Below, piece by piece: positions 9,874 through 19,117 of a stretch of DNA of 50,963 nt. Source of the stretch: a virus (lineage: Duplodnaviria; Caudoviricetes); the IMG/VR virus record IMGVR_UViG_3300025520_000101, positions 1 to 50,963 of that record. The stretch is one strand, 5' to 3'. Numbering within the stretch: the first letter of the stretch is position 1; each line of letters starts with the position of its first letter. The notes beneath the pieces are model-generated. The model was not told where the DNA came from. It worked only from the letters and a program-made list of their open reading frames with translations, and made no database searches. A program made the translations under genes and the position numbers.

Positions 9874-10290
9874 ATGAGTGTAAGAAAAACGTTGTTTATT
9901 AGCAATTTGAGTGATTTACCAAGCTCAGAGCAATATTATACCTCTAGAAAATACGACAGCATGGAGTATGTGAAAAAGAGCATAAAATATTTTGTCGTTA
10001 GCTCATTGATCGGCCTTTTCTTCGCATGGATATTAACGCTGGATGGAGCTTCGATTGATCCAAACATTAGCACTGGCTTATCACGTGTAATTATCGTAGC
10101 TGCGTTTGGATATATGGGATTTTCTTTCCATGCAGGAATGTCATTAATCGATGCGAAAGTGAGTTTTGTAACGATTCTAATACTATTAGTTACAGGGATT
10201 CTTGCCTTAGTGTTTGCTTTTGCAACTGCAATAGGATCTATAATCGCCATTCCACGTTTTATAATCAATGTACGTAAGATCTACAAATAA
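9874..10290 (+). CDS. Membrane protein (3-4 TM)
   Basis: SD AAGGAG; several hydrophobic segments. Confidence 0.65.
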   Translation: MSVRKTLFISNLSDLPSSEQYYTSRKYDSMEYVKKSIKYFVVSSLIGLFFAWILTLDGASIDPNISTGLSRVIIVAAFGYMGFSFHAGMSLIDAKVSFVTILILLVTGILALVFAFATAIGSIIAIPRFIINVRKIYK

Positions 10291-10308
10291 TTCATGTGAG
10301 GTGTTTTT

Positions 10309-10566
10309 ATGAAATACAAAGAAGAAAATGAAAAAATAATTACCGACACTGGTCGAGTGGATGATGACGTGCTACAGTACATTAAATCGATTTCAGCGAT
10401 CATCGACTTTGACTTGTCCCAATTCGAAATATCTAACATTTACTCATTGAATGCTATTTTGGATTCTCCAGATCGTTTTATCAACGATGCTGATACTTGT
10501 CAGAAGATTAGAGATCTTAAAGAGCTTATTCGTTTAATGGGAGGTCTCGAAAATGTATCAAAATGA
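10309..10566 (+). CDS. Hypothetical protein coupled to the RadC-like gene
   Basis: SD GAGGTG; overlaps the next ORF. Confidence 0.6.
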   Translation: MKYKEENEKIITDTGRVDDDVLQYIKSISAIIDFDLSQFEISNIYSLNAILDSPDRFINDADTCQKIRDLKELIRLMGGLENVSK

Positions 10567-11770
10567 TTTAGAGCGTTTTATAGAGCTTTTTAGTTCTTTT
10601 ACAAAAGTAAATAAGTCAACTCTAACTAAATTCTTGAGAGACAACAATGTTACAGAACTTTTATCAAGACCAACGGATGTCACGCTCAATCCAAAATCGC
10701 TAGAAGCTATTGAGAACCTACGGTCATTGCGAAACCTTTTTGACAACTTAAAATCATACGATCGTGAGTATAAGCTTACAAGCCCTAAAGAAGCGTGCGA
10801 CTATTTTAAGAATAGATTTGCCGATATAAGAGACAAAGAATACTTTTCCGTTACTTACTTAGACACGAAAAATCGTGTGATTGATTCTGAAATCATTTTC
10901 AAAGGAACTATTAATGCGTCTGCTGTTTTTCCAAGAGAGATATTTAAAAACGTTTTAATGAAAAATGCGCAATCTGTTTTATTCGGCCACAATCACCCGT
11001 CTGGCATTTGTGATCCTAGCAAAGAAGATATCGCAATTACAAGAAGGTTAATTGAAGCTGGCAATATCTTCAACATCTCAGTACTAGATCATGTAATTGT
11101 AGGTGGAACTAACTACTATTCCATGAGAGAAAATAACGATTTTGTTTTTGAAAATTCATTCTCTAACGATATCAAATCTGGACTTGTTAGTGAATCTGCT
11201 TCGGAACAATATATGTTGAAAGGGGAGGATGTAGCAGTGGAAAAAAAGAATAGCACGGAAGTAAAAATGTTATATGAGATGATCGGCTACAAGCTTGACG
11301 ACAAACTTTGCTTCACGACATTTGAAATGTTAGAAAATGAGTTCGAAAAAGGAAATCTATTTGAAAATATAAAAGCGTTTTCAAATCTTCCGGACGAAGA
11401 GAAACAATTAATGGCTAATGATTTTGAAGTTAATTTTAAACAGTATCAAGATGATTATGAATGGGATGAGTTTTATCGTGACAATGTAGCGAATTATAAT
11501 CAAATCACTGAAATTATTAATTTCGATTATACTGATATATCTGTAGATGGTCATGCCGGCAGATGGCATTCAGTAATGGAAGTGCCAAACAGATGGAGCA
11601 ATGAATTTAATGAGGGCGAACCTTTTTACCTGGTAAAACATGATAGCGAAGATAAACCATACGCAATCATAACTGAAAATCTTCGTGTTGTGCTTCATGA
11701 AGCTCCAAACGGTTTCAGAGATCTAGATATGGAGTCACAGATTTCTAATGATCAAGAATTTGAAATGTAA
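10553..11770 (+). CDS. radC: RadC/JAB (UPF0758) domain protein with acidic C-terminal extension
   Basis: KEYFSVTYLDTKNRVI...GTINASAVFPREIFK...HNHPSGICDPSKED...VLDHVIVG. Confidence 0.9.
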   Translation: MYQNDLERFIELFSSFTKVNKSTLTKFLRDNNVTELLSRPTDVTLNPKSLEAIENLRSLRNLFDNLKSYDREYKLTSPKEACDYFKNRFADIRDKEYFSVTYLDTKNRVIDSEIIFKGTINASAVFPREIFKNVLMKNAQSVLFGHNHPSGICDPSKEDIAITRRLIEAGNIFNISVLDHVIVGGTNYYSMRENNDFVFENSFSNDIKSGLVSESASEQYMLKGEDVAVEKKNSTEVKMLYEMIGYKLDDKLCFTTFEMLENEFEKGNLFENIKAFSNLPDEEKQLMANDFEVNFKQYQDDYEWDEFYRDNVANYNQITEIINFDYTDISVDGHAGRWHSVMEVPNRWSNEFNEGEPFYLVKHDSEDKPYAIITENLRVVLHEAPNGFRDLDMESQISNDQEFEM

Positions 11771-11790
11771 GTTGAATTTTGATTAATCTT

Positions 11791-11855
11791 TGTAACTCGT
11801 TTTTTTATGCTGGTAGCTCATGGCCAATGCCTGGAGAAGGACATTTTGAGTTACA
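11791..11855 (+). repeat. 65-bp TGTAACTC...GAGTTACA unit, copy C
   Basis: Perfect 8-bp terminal IR, 49-bp spacer; core TGGTAGCTCATGGCCAATGCCT resembles copy D. Confidence 0.85.
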
Positions 11856-11876
11856 TTCAATTAGAAAGAGGTGTTT

Positions 11877-12035
11877 ATGGAAAATAACGAAAAAGAAAAA
11901 AGAAGAAAACGAATTGAGGTTCTTATGAAGCAATATGAGGAATTGTATGGCTACGATCACGTCATGAACAATTTCAATTATTTCTATGACAAAGCGGTCT
12001 CAGAAGAGTACACAGTAACTGATGTCTCAAACTAG
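11877..12035 (+). CDS. 52-aa hypothetical protein (not in ORF track)
   Basis: SD GAGGTG after unit C; MENNEKEKRRKRIEVLMKQYEELYG...VSN*. Confidence 0.55.
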   Translation: MENNEKEKRRKRIEVLMKQYEELYGYDHVMNNFNYFYDKAVSEEYTVTDVSN

Positions 12036-12051
12036 AAACAATAACATTAAA

Positions 12052-12081
12052 GAAGCCCTTGGATATTAATCCAGGGGCTTC
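12052..12081 (+). terminator. Hairpin closing the small-gene operon
   Basis: GAAGCCCTTGGA-tattaa-TCCAGGGGCTTC. Confidence 0.55.
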
Positions 12082-12104
12082 AATACATAATAGGGGGAAT
12101 TTAC

Positions 12105-12713
12105 TTGAAAAAGCACGAAATGATACATATGGTAGAAAACTACATCCACTACATTAAAGACACTCAGAGAGTAAAAATGCCATCTACAACGCTACTCCTG
12201 TTAAGAAAATTGATTGACCATATGAACAAAGATGGGTTCTGCTTTATAAAAAACGAAACGCTTATGAACTATCTTCAAAAATCACTTAGAACTGTGCAAT
12301 CATGTACAAAATACCTAGAAGATAACGGATTTGTAGTGAAAGTTACTCGATTCAGGAACAATGGCAGTCAGAAAGAAAATGGTTATCAGTTGAAGATTGA
12401 CGTCCTTCTTGGGCTGGATCATGAACTCGAACATGAAAAACAAAACCTTGAAAACAAATCGCAAGACGAGAAGATTGATTGGAATTATTATCAAACCGAA
12501 GCATACATCGAGGGGTGCAGAAATTCGCTCAAACTTATCAATGAGGATCCCAAAGACATCTCTTTTTCAATAACCGGAGAGCTTGATGAATGGAGAAATA
12601 ATCTCAAGGTGAAAGTGGAGAGTCTTAAGCAAAGTGGATTATCAGGAAATCGTGATGGACCATCAAAAAACAAAAACTGCATGGGGAGGGTGCAATTATC
12701 TGCTCCCCCTTAA
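12105..12713 (+). CDS. Winged-HTH protein (HTH_36/replication-initiator-like N-terminus)
   Basis: GFCFIKNETLMNYLQKSLRTVQSCTKYLEDNGFV..RFRNNGSQKENGY. Confidence 0.65.
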   Translation: MKKHEMIHMVENYIHYIKDTQRVKMPSTTLLLLRKLIDHMNKDGFCFIKNETLMNYLQKSLRTVQSCTKYLEDNGFVVKVTRFRNNGSQKENGYQLKIDVLLGLDHELEHEKQNLENKSQDEKIDWNYYQTEAYIEGCRNSLKLINEDPKDISFSITGELDEWRNNLKVKVESLKQSGLSGNRDGPSKNKNCMGRVQLSAPP

Positions 12714-12768
12714 CTATAACTCTTGAACTAGATATGGGATATTGAAAATAAGATAAAGGAGTTAGTAT

Positions 12769-13488
12769 ATGAGAAGAATATACAGAAAGAGACATGCTAA
12801 ATCTTTCAGCACATTTACATTTATTTGCGTTTTGATCAGTTATTACACGTTTTACTTTTGGGGAATAGAGAAGGTAATCATGGTGGCCATACTCATGTTA
12901 CTGAGCTTCTTTTTCTATAAAAAATTTCGTAGCTTTCGTACTAAGTCAAAATACTTAAACTCTGGCATGAAAGAAGTTGATACCATGTCTGGTACAGAGT
13001 TTGAAAACTTTCTTTTGGCGCATTTTGAGAAGCTAGGTTACAAAGGAAACACAACTCAGGCTTCTAACGATTTTGGTGCTGACCTGGTACTAAAAAAAGA
13101 TGGTGAGATTATTGTGATCCAAGCTAAGCGTCACAAAGGCAAAATTGGCATTAAAGCCGTTCAAGAAGTATCTGGAGCAATTAATTTCTATAGTGCTACA
13201 AAAGGCATTGTTGTGACAAACAATTATTTTACGCCTGCTGCTGTTAAGCTTGCAGAAGCTTCTAAGATCGAATTATGGGACCGCAAATCACTTTCAGTCA
13301 GGATGAAAGCGTATATGAAAAATAAACGACTTTCTGACGATCATCTAAATTCAAACGAGCAATCAGGAGTAGAGGGGCATCAGATGTGTCCTCGATGTAA
13401 TGCCAATCTTGTTGAACGCAAAGGACAGCACGGAAATTTTTACGGATGTTCTAACTTTCCAAAGTGCACATACACTCAATCAATTTGA
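12769..13488 (+). CDS. Mrr-like restriction endonuclease with N-terminal TM and C-terminal topoisomerase-type C4 Zn ribbon
   Basis: EFENFL...DFGADLV..IVIQAKR; CPRC...FYGCSNFPKC. Confidence 0.85.
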   Translation: MRRIYRKRHAKSFSTFTFICVLISYYTFYFWGIEKVIMVAILMLLSFFFYKKFRSFRTKSKYLNSGMKEVDTMSGTEFENFLLAHFEKLGYKGNTTQASNDFGADLVLKKDGEIIVIQAKRHKGKIGIKAVQEVSGAINFYSATKGIVVTNNYFTPAAVKLAEASKIELWDRKSLSVRMKAYMKNKRLSDDHLNSNEQSGVEGHQMCPRCNANLVERKGQHGNFYGCSNFPKCTYTQSI

Positions 13489-13500
13489 TTAGGAGCGTAT

Positions 13501-13803
13501 TTAATATTTATTGCGCAGTTCTATATCATCTGGATGCAATTTTGATATAAATCGTTGAAACGCTGCTTCAAGATCTCGTAATACGGTTTTATCAATAAGT
13601 TCTCTTTCTATTGGTTCAACGTATTCCATTTCCACGAGCAACTGGTCATACATGTTAAGTCTTTCGTTGAAATAATACCCCCAAAATTCATTATCTTTAT
13701 GCCGATTGCTGTGATCGTAGAGCACAATTGAACCTGCCTTTGCAGGTTCTCCCATATCATCGACGAAATCTTCTTTGAATATAAAAAACTTTCTTTTTGC
13801 CAA
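13501..13803 (-). CDS. Hypothetical protein
   Basis: SD AGGAAGG, TTG start; 100 aa. Confidence 0.55.
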   Translation of the reverse strand: MAKRKFFIFKEDFVDDMGEPAKAGSIVLYDHSNRHKDNEFWGYYFNERLNMYDQLLVEMEYVEPIERELIDKTVLRDLEAAFQRFISKLHPDDIELRNKY

Positions 13804-13877
13804 TTGGAATACCTTCCTTTCTTCGTGTCGGAATATGTCGAATATTGTATTTTTTTATTTTATAAATCTATTTTATA

Positions 13878-13886
13878 TGTTATAAT
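13878..13886 (+). promoter_or_regulatory. Extended -10 promoter of the rep leader
   Basis: TGtTATAAT about 350 bp upstream of rep. Confidence 0.5.
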
Positions 13887-13897
13887 GGCTTTAAGCA

Positions 13898-14122
13898 AAA
13901 CAAAACCACCATTTCTGGTGGTTAGATTTTAAAAACCACCTACAGGTGGTCATACATATTAGTTTCACCCTTACAAGCGTTTCCTAGGCGTTTGTAAGTG
14001 GATCAAGTTAGCGGTCACTAACCTGAAACAACTCGACACTAAGTCTAAAGCACTAGACGAAATGTGATTAATGCGATGAAACTTTTTGATTTGATTATAC
14101 CACATCAAATGTCATTCGACAA
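13898..14122 (-). ncRNA. Putative countertranscript (antisense) RNA with its promoter, controlling rep
   Basis: Minus-strand TTGTCG(14122-14117)-17 bp-TATAAT(14099-14094) with TG extension; tandem minus-strand terminators ACCACC-tgta-GGTGGT-TTTT and AACCACCA-gaaa-TGGTGGTT-TTGTTTT. Confidence 0.6.
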
Positions 14123-14183
14123 TATTATTTGACGTTGATACGTGCCATTTCATAAAGTTTTAACATTTAAGGATGTTTCTGTT

Positions 14184-14225
14184 ATGCTGTCTAGCTTAGT
14201 TCTAGGCAGCATTTTTTATTTTTTT
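14184..14225 (+). terminator. Attenuator immediately upstream of rep
   Basis: ATGCTGTCTAG-cttagtt-CTAGGCAGCAT followed by a long T tract, ending 14 nt before the ATG. Confidence 0.7.
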
Positions 14226-14239
14226 GATAAGGTGGTAAT

Positions 14240-15085
14240 ATGAGATTAAAAAGTAGCATCCTTATAAAACTTCAAAATGATGAGACGATACAGTATAAAG
14301 CAGCTGTTATTATTTTGATGCATATGGCAAAGCGACAGAATAATAATGGCTACGTTAAGGATCTTCATTATTCTGAAGTCTGTGGAGAAACGGGCTACGT
14401 TCGTCAAACTTTTTATGATACCCTTAAAGCTTTAAGAACTGGAGGGTATATTAAATATCACCATCTTCAAAAAAATGGTTTTTATGATATTCAAATTTTG
14501 AACAACACCATCTCAAAAGGAGATCAGTTTTTGAAACTCAATGACAAAGAACTCTTGAGTCGAGAACTTAGAAACTTATCAACCGCAGAGTTAAAGCTTT
14601 ATTTGTATGGTCGCCAGAGCTGCTATACAACAGAAAAGCGCAAGAAGGCATATACATCAATTACAGTAATGAGGTTAGCACAAATCATAGGAATCTCTGA
14701 AAAATCGGTGTATTTAATCAAGTCAATGCTTGAAAAAGTAAAGAGTAAAACTAAAATGGCAATAAACATCGAGGGAAATTCCGATAAACCGAATTGGCCA
14801 TCAGAGATTTTATATCTTGCTTATGCAAGTAATTCTGAAAAAGAATTCGATTATGACGATTGCGGGATGTACTCACACTCTATTAAATCAAATTGTAGAC
14901 GAGCGGGTATAGATTCAGGAGTCGATCAGAAAGCAATCATGGATACAGCAAATCTTATTATTCAGTACCACAAGAAAGCTGATCCGAACGCAATGTTAAA
15001 ATTCATAATAGACACAATTCTAAAACGTAGATCCAATGAACCTAAATATATTCACCAGGTATTACGTGATAGATTTTCATTCTAA
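14240..15085 (+). CDS. Putative plasmid replication initiator (tandem winged-HTH)
   Basis: LHYSEVCGETGYVRQTFYDTLKALRTGGYI and TVMRLAQIIGISEKS HTHs; attenuated leader upstream, iterons downstream. Confidence 0.6.
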   Translation: MRLKSSILIKLQNDETIQYKAAVIILMHMAKRQNNNGYVKDLHYSEVCGETGYVRQTFYDTLKALRTGGYIKYHHLQKNGFYDIQILNNTISKGDQFLKLNDKELLSRELRNLSTAELKLYLYGRQSCYTTEKRKKAYTSITVMRLAQIIGISEKSVYLIKSMLEKVKSKTKMAINIEGNSDKPNWPSEILYLAYASNSEKEFDYDDCGMYSHSIKSNCRRAGIDSGVDQKAIMDTANLIIQYHKKADPNAMLKFIIDTILKRRSNEPKYIHQVLRDRFSF

Positions 15086-15157
15086 AAGGCGCTCATAGCG
15101 TCTATTAGTGTTTGTATTAAAAGGTCAACAAATTAGTCGAGATTATAAATAAAAGCG

Positions 15158-15187
15158 AACACAGGTCAAATTTGAGCCTGTGTTTTT
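15158..15187 (+). terminator. Terminator after rep
   Basis: AACACAGG...CCTGTGTT followed by T run. Confidence 0.55.
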
Positions 15188-15231
15188 TCATTTCATAGGT
15201 ATTTCTGCATCAGGAACTCTTTTTTTCCTCC

Positions 15232-15385
15232 TTTTGTCCAATAACAATTAAAAATTTGATTATAAGTCCAATTGTTTCTAATTAATTTTAGATAAGTCCA
15301 ATAAATATCAATAATAAGTCCAACAAAATATAAAAACCTTATTATAAGTAAAATAGTTTTAAAATATAGCATCAATTAAGTCCAC
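15232..15385 (+). repeat. Iteron-like array (ATAAGTCCAA) in very AT-rich DNA; putative oriV
   Basis: Copies at 15232, 15262, 15292, 15314, 15344, 15376 (three exact, three degenerate); spacing 30/30/22/30/32. Confidence 0.7.
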
Positions 15386-15717
15386 TATTTATAAAAGATG
15401 AAGGTTTTGAACACATTGAAAAATTAAACTGTGAGCGGGAATTAAGAAGAGGATATTATTATTCTCTTTTATTATTAATCTAAGACTATATATACTATAA
15501 TTCTTAGTTTAATATTAATCTCTCATCGGAAGAAAACTTCGTTTTCACCGATCTTTATATTTAATGCGGATAGAGTTTCTAACGAAACTCATTATTGATA
15601 TATTGGATATTGAAAAAGAAAGTTTCATCTTAAATTGACAAATGTTAGCAGGTAATGATATTCTAAAAGCATTATAGGTTCTATAGTGTCTATAGGATTT
15701 TGGGAAGGAGACTTTGT

Positions 15718-15957
15718 ATGAAAACATTTCATCCACGCAATTCAGTGTATGTGCCGGCAAGCGCTCCACATCCATCAAACACACAATACAAAGTATCAAT
15801 TGGTGTTGAAATGTGGGGCTGTGATCCAGTGGAAGTGATCAAAATTCAAATGGTCTATGATGGAAAGGTTGAGGGAAGAAAAAGTCCTTCATATCCAATT
15901 AATACGAAAGATTGGCTAAATGTCCATGAAGCAATTATCAGCTTAAAGAGTGTCTAG
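15718..15957 (+). CDS. Small hypothetical protein upstream of the RM genes
   Basis: SD AAGGAG, ATG 15718. Confidence 0.6.
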   Translation: MKTFHPRNSVYVPASAPHPSNTQYKVSIGVEMWGCDPVEVIKIQMVYDGKVEGRKSPSYPINTKDWLNVHEAIISLKSV

Positions 15958-15988
15958 TAGATTGATTTGAAAATAAGGGGGATTATTC

Positions 15989-17926
15989 ATGGCGAAGAAA
16001 GAAGTAAAAACTGATTTATGGGTTTACAACCTACTGAAAGATGCAAATATTGATTTGGATCCACAAGGAAGTACCATTAAGGAAATTGATTTAGCACTAA
16101 AGAGCGCTTCAAAATCTGGTACGGGTAAAGTAGGGTTTCCTGAATATGTCGGCGTAGTTAAGGATTTTTTGATTGTCATTGAAGATAAAGCTGATTTGTC
16201 AAAACACGTAAAGCTTGATGAAAAAGGCTTAATAAGTACTTTGAAAAATGATGTAAAAAATTATGCTGTAAATGGTGCTTTATTCTATGGCCAGCATTTA
16301 GCAAAGAACACATCTTATAAAAAAATTCTTGCATTTGGAATATCAGGAAATGAGAAAAAGCACAAAATTAGCCCTTTCTACATAGATGAAACGGAGTATT
16401 ACAGAGAATTGCCAGAAGTGGAATCGTTCATTTCATTTAATATAGACAATATTGATGAGTATTATATAAGAGAAGTTCTTAATGAAAACACTGATGAAGA
16501 AAAAGAAACAGCTGAAATCTTAAAAGATGCAGCTATTCTTCATGAAGATCTCAGAAACTATGGAAACTTAAAAGATATTGATAAGCCTTTGATCGTATCA
16601 GGAATCATGTTGGCGCTAAGAGAATCCGAATTTAAGAATTTTTCAATTGATGATTTAACAGGTGATACTGTTAAAACCGATGGCCAGAAAATCTACGACG
16701 CTATCAACTCTAATTTAAAAAGAGCAAACGTATCTCCTGACGTAAAAAAAGATAAAATTTTGAGTCAGTTTTCAATTGTTAAGGATACTCAGATTCTAAA
16801 TGAAATCAATGTCAAATTGAACAAAACACCTTTAAAGCATTTTACAGAGTTCTTAAATGAAAAAATCTATAGAAGTATTAAATATTCCCACTCTGCTGAA
16901 GACTATTTAGGTAGATTTTATGGTGAATTCATGTCTTACTCGGGCGGCGATGGTCAAACTTTGGGAATAGTTCTTACTCCAAAGCACATAACTGAATTGT
17001 TTTGTGATTTAGTTGAATTAAAGTCTAGTGACATAGTATTGGACCCGTGCTGTGGAACCGCAGGATTTTTAATTGCTGCAATGCATAAGATGTTGAATCT
17101 TGCTAGTAACGACAATGAGAAAAAAAATATAAAACAAAAACAATTGCTTGGCTTTGAGCTGCAACCATATATGTTTACCATTGCTACTACAAATATGATC
17201 TTAAGAGGGGATGGCAAAAGCAATCTTATAAATGTTGATTTCTTAAAACAAGACACAAATAAACTACAGTTAATGCAATCAACTGTAGGCATGATGAATC
17301 CTCCGTATTCACAAGGATCTAAACAAAATCCAGACTTGTATGAATTGGCTTTTACTGAACATTTATTGAATTCACTTGCTGTTGGTGCTAGATGCGTAGT
17401 AATAGTACCTCAATCATCTATGACTGGCAAAACTAACGAAGAAAAGACTATTAAGGAAAATATTTTAAAGAAACATACATTAGAAGGTGTAATAACTCTT
17501 AACAAAGATACCTTTTATGGGGTAGGAGCTATGCCATGTATTGCAATGTTCACAGCAGGAGAACCACATAAAAAGGATAAAGAATGTAAGTTTGTTGATT
17601 TTAAAAATGATGGTTATAAAGTAAGTCCTCACATAGGATTGGTTGAGACAGAATCAGCAAAAGATAAGAAGCAACATTTGCTTGATGTTTGGTTTGACAG
17701 AATTGAATCAGAAAGTAGCTTTTGTGTTAAAACTTCAATTGATTCATCTGACGAATGGCTTCATAGTTTTTATTATTTTAATGATGAATTACCTACAGAT
17801 GATGATTTTGAAAAAACTGTTGGTGATTATATGTCTTTTGAGTTTGCAATGATCATGCAAAATAGAGAATATCTTTTTGAGTCTCCTGATAGAAATGAGG
17901 GTGATGATAATGAAACTAACAGATAG
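15989..17926 (+). CDS. BcgI-alpha-like Type IIB fused endonuclease/N6-adenine methyltransferase
   Basis: FPEY...IVIEDK nuclease motif; LDPCCGTAGFL (motif I); MMNPPYSQ (motif IV). Confidence 0.85.
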   Translation: MAKKEVKTDLWVYNLLKDANIDLDPQGSTIKEIDLALKSASKSGTGKVGFPEYVGVVKDFLIVIEDKADLSKHVKLDEKGLISTLKNDVKNYAVNGALFYGQHLAKNTSYKKILAFGISGNEKKHKISPFYIDETEYYRELPEVESFISFNIDNIDEYYIREVLNENTDEEKETAEILKDAAILHEDLRNYGNLKDIDKPLIVSGIMLALRESEFKNFSIDDLTGDTVKTDGQKIYDAINSNLKRANVSPDVKKDKILSQFSIVKDTQILNEINVKLNKTPLKHFTEFLNEKIYRSIKYSHSAEDYLGRFYGEFMSYSGGDGQTLGIVLTPKHITELFCDLVELKSSDIVLDPCCGTAGFLIAAMHKMLNLASNDNEKKNIKQKQLLGFELQPYMFTIATTNMILRGDGKSNLINVDFLKQDTNKLQLMQSTVGMMNPPYSQGSKQNPDLYELAFTEHLLNSLAVGARCVVIVPQSSMTGKTNEEKTIKENILKKHTLEGVITLNKDTFYGVGAMPCIAMFTAGEPHKKDKECKFVDFKNDGYKVSPHIGLVETESAKDKKQHLLDVWFDRIESESSFCVKTSIDSSDEWLHSFYYFNDELPTDDDFEKTVGDYMSFEFAMIMQNREYLFESPDRNEGDDNETNR

Positions 17927-19004
17927 AGAATGGAAAATATTTAATTTCTCCGACGTTTTTGATATCCAAGGTGGTTTTTATAATAAGAAACCACCTAAAG
18001 AGAAGAATGGTACAATTCCTTTTTTAGGCGCATCTGGATTTAATAATGGTATTACTGAGTTTTATACTTTGGATACTATAAAAAATAATAGTAAAACTGG
18101 TTCAGGAAAAAATGAAAAGATTGAGCAAAAAATATATAAAGGCAATTGTATATGTGTAGCAAACAATGGTGTTGGAACAGGGAGTTCATTTTATCAAGTT
18201 GTTGATTTTACTTGTAGTCATGATGTTAACCCATTGTATTTGAAAAATTATACCTTAAATGAGAATATTGCACTGTTCTTAATCCCTTGTATTAAAGCTC
18301 AAAAAATGTGTTTTGAATATTCTCGTAAATGGCGACCTTCAAGAATGAAAAACTCTAAATTTATGCTACCGACAAAAGATGGAATAAATCCTGACTGGGA
18401 ATTCATGGATGAATATATTTCAGCACAAAAGAGGGATAAAAAAAATTCATGTACGAAATATATTAATGATAGATTAAATGAAATTAAATATAGGAATATT
18501 CCATTATTAAAAGAAAAATCATGGAGAACATTTTTTTTATCTGATATATGTTATATTGAATCAGGACAAGATATTTACGCCGATGAAAGAAAAGAAGGAG
18601 ATATTCCATATTTATCGTCTGGTTCGCAAAATAATGGAGTTGGGTATTTTGTATCAAATTCAAATCAAACATTAGAAGCAAATGCCATTTCTATAAATAG
18701 GAATGGTTCAGTAGGATATGCTTTTTATCATAAATATCCGGCATTGTATTCTAATGATTGTAGAAAATTAAAATTGAAAGAACATCGCAATGAATATGTT
18801 TCTTTGTTCATAACAAACCAAATAATGCAACAAAAGGATAAATATAATTATGGTTATAAAATGGGAACTGGAAGATTGCAAAAACAACTAATACTATTAC
18901 CGATCAACGACATGGATGAACCAGATTATGAATATATGGAACAATATATCAAAAATCTAATGATCTCAAAATATAAAAAGTATATAACAACTGTATCTAT
19001 GTAA
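17910..19004 (+). CDS. RM specificity subunit (BcgI-beta/HsdS-like, two TRDs)
   Basis: Internal duplication EWKIFNFSDVF/SWRTFFLSDIC and PDWEFMDEYI/PDYEYMEQYI; overlaps the upstream gene. Confidence 0.85.
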   Translation: MKLTDREWKIFNFSDVFDIQGGFYNKKPPKEKNGTIPFLGASGFNNGITEFYTLDTIKNNSKTGSGKNEKIEQKIYKGNCICVANNGVGTGSSFYQVVDFTCSHDVNPLYLKNYTLNENIALFLIPCIKAQKMCFEYSRKWRPSRMKNSKFMLPTKDGINPDWEFMDEYISAQKRDKKNSCTKYINDRLNEIKYRNIPLLKEKSWRTFFLSDICYIESGQDIYADERKEGDIPYLSSGSQNNGVGYFVSNSNQTLEANAISINRNGSVGYAFYHKYPALYSNDCRKLKLKEHRNEYVSLFITNQIMQQKDKYNYGYKMGTGRLQKQLILLPINDMDEPDYEYMEQYIKNLMISKYKKYITTVSM

Positions 19005-19064
19005 CTCAAAACCTTTAACCGGCAGCTCGTGATCAACGCCTTCAGGAAGATGTTATGAGTTACA
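19000..19064 (+). repeat. 65-bp TGTAACTC...GAGTTACA unit, copy D
   Basis: IR extends to ATGTAACTCA/TGAGTTACAT; contains the TAA stop (19002-19004) of the S-subunit gene. Confidence 0.85.
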
Positions 19065-19117
19065 TCCCATACAGGTTATTGAAAAAAAAGAAAAAAGCTC
19101 CTGGATTCAGGGGCTTT

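Noticed and set aside
15232-15385. Regularly spaced repeats as a mini-CRISPR
   Set aside because: Repeats are only 10 bp and degenerate with AT-rich gaps; iterons fit better.
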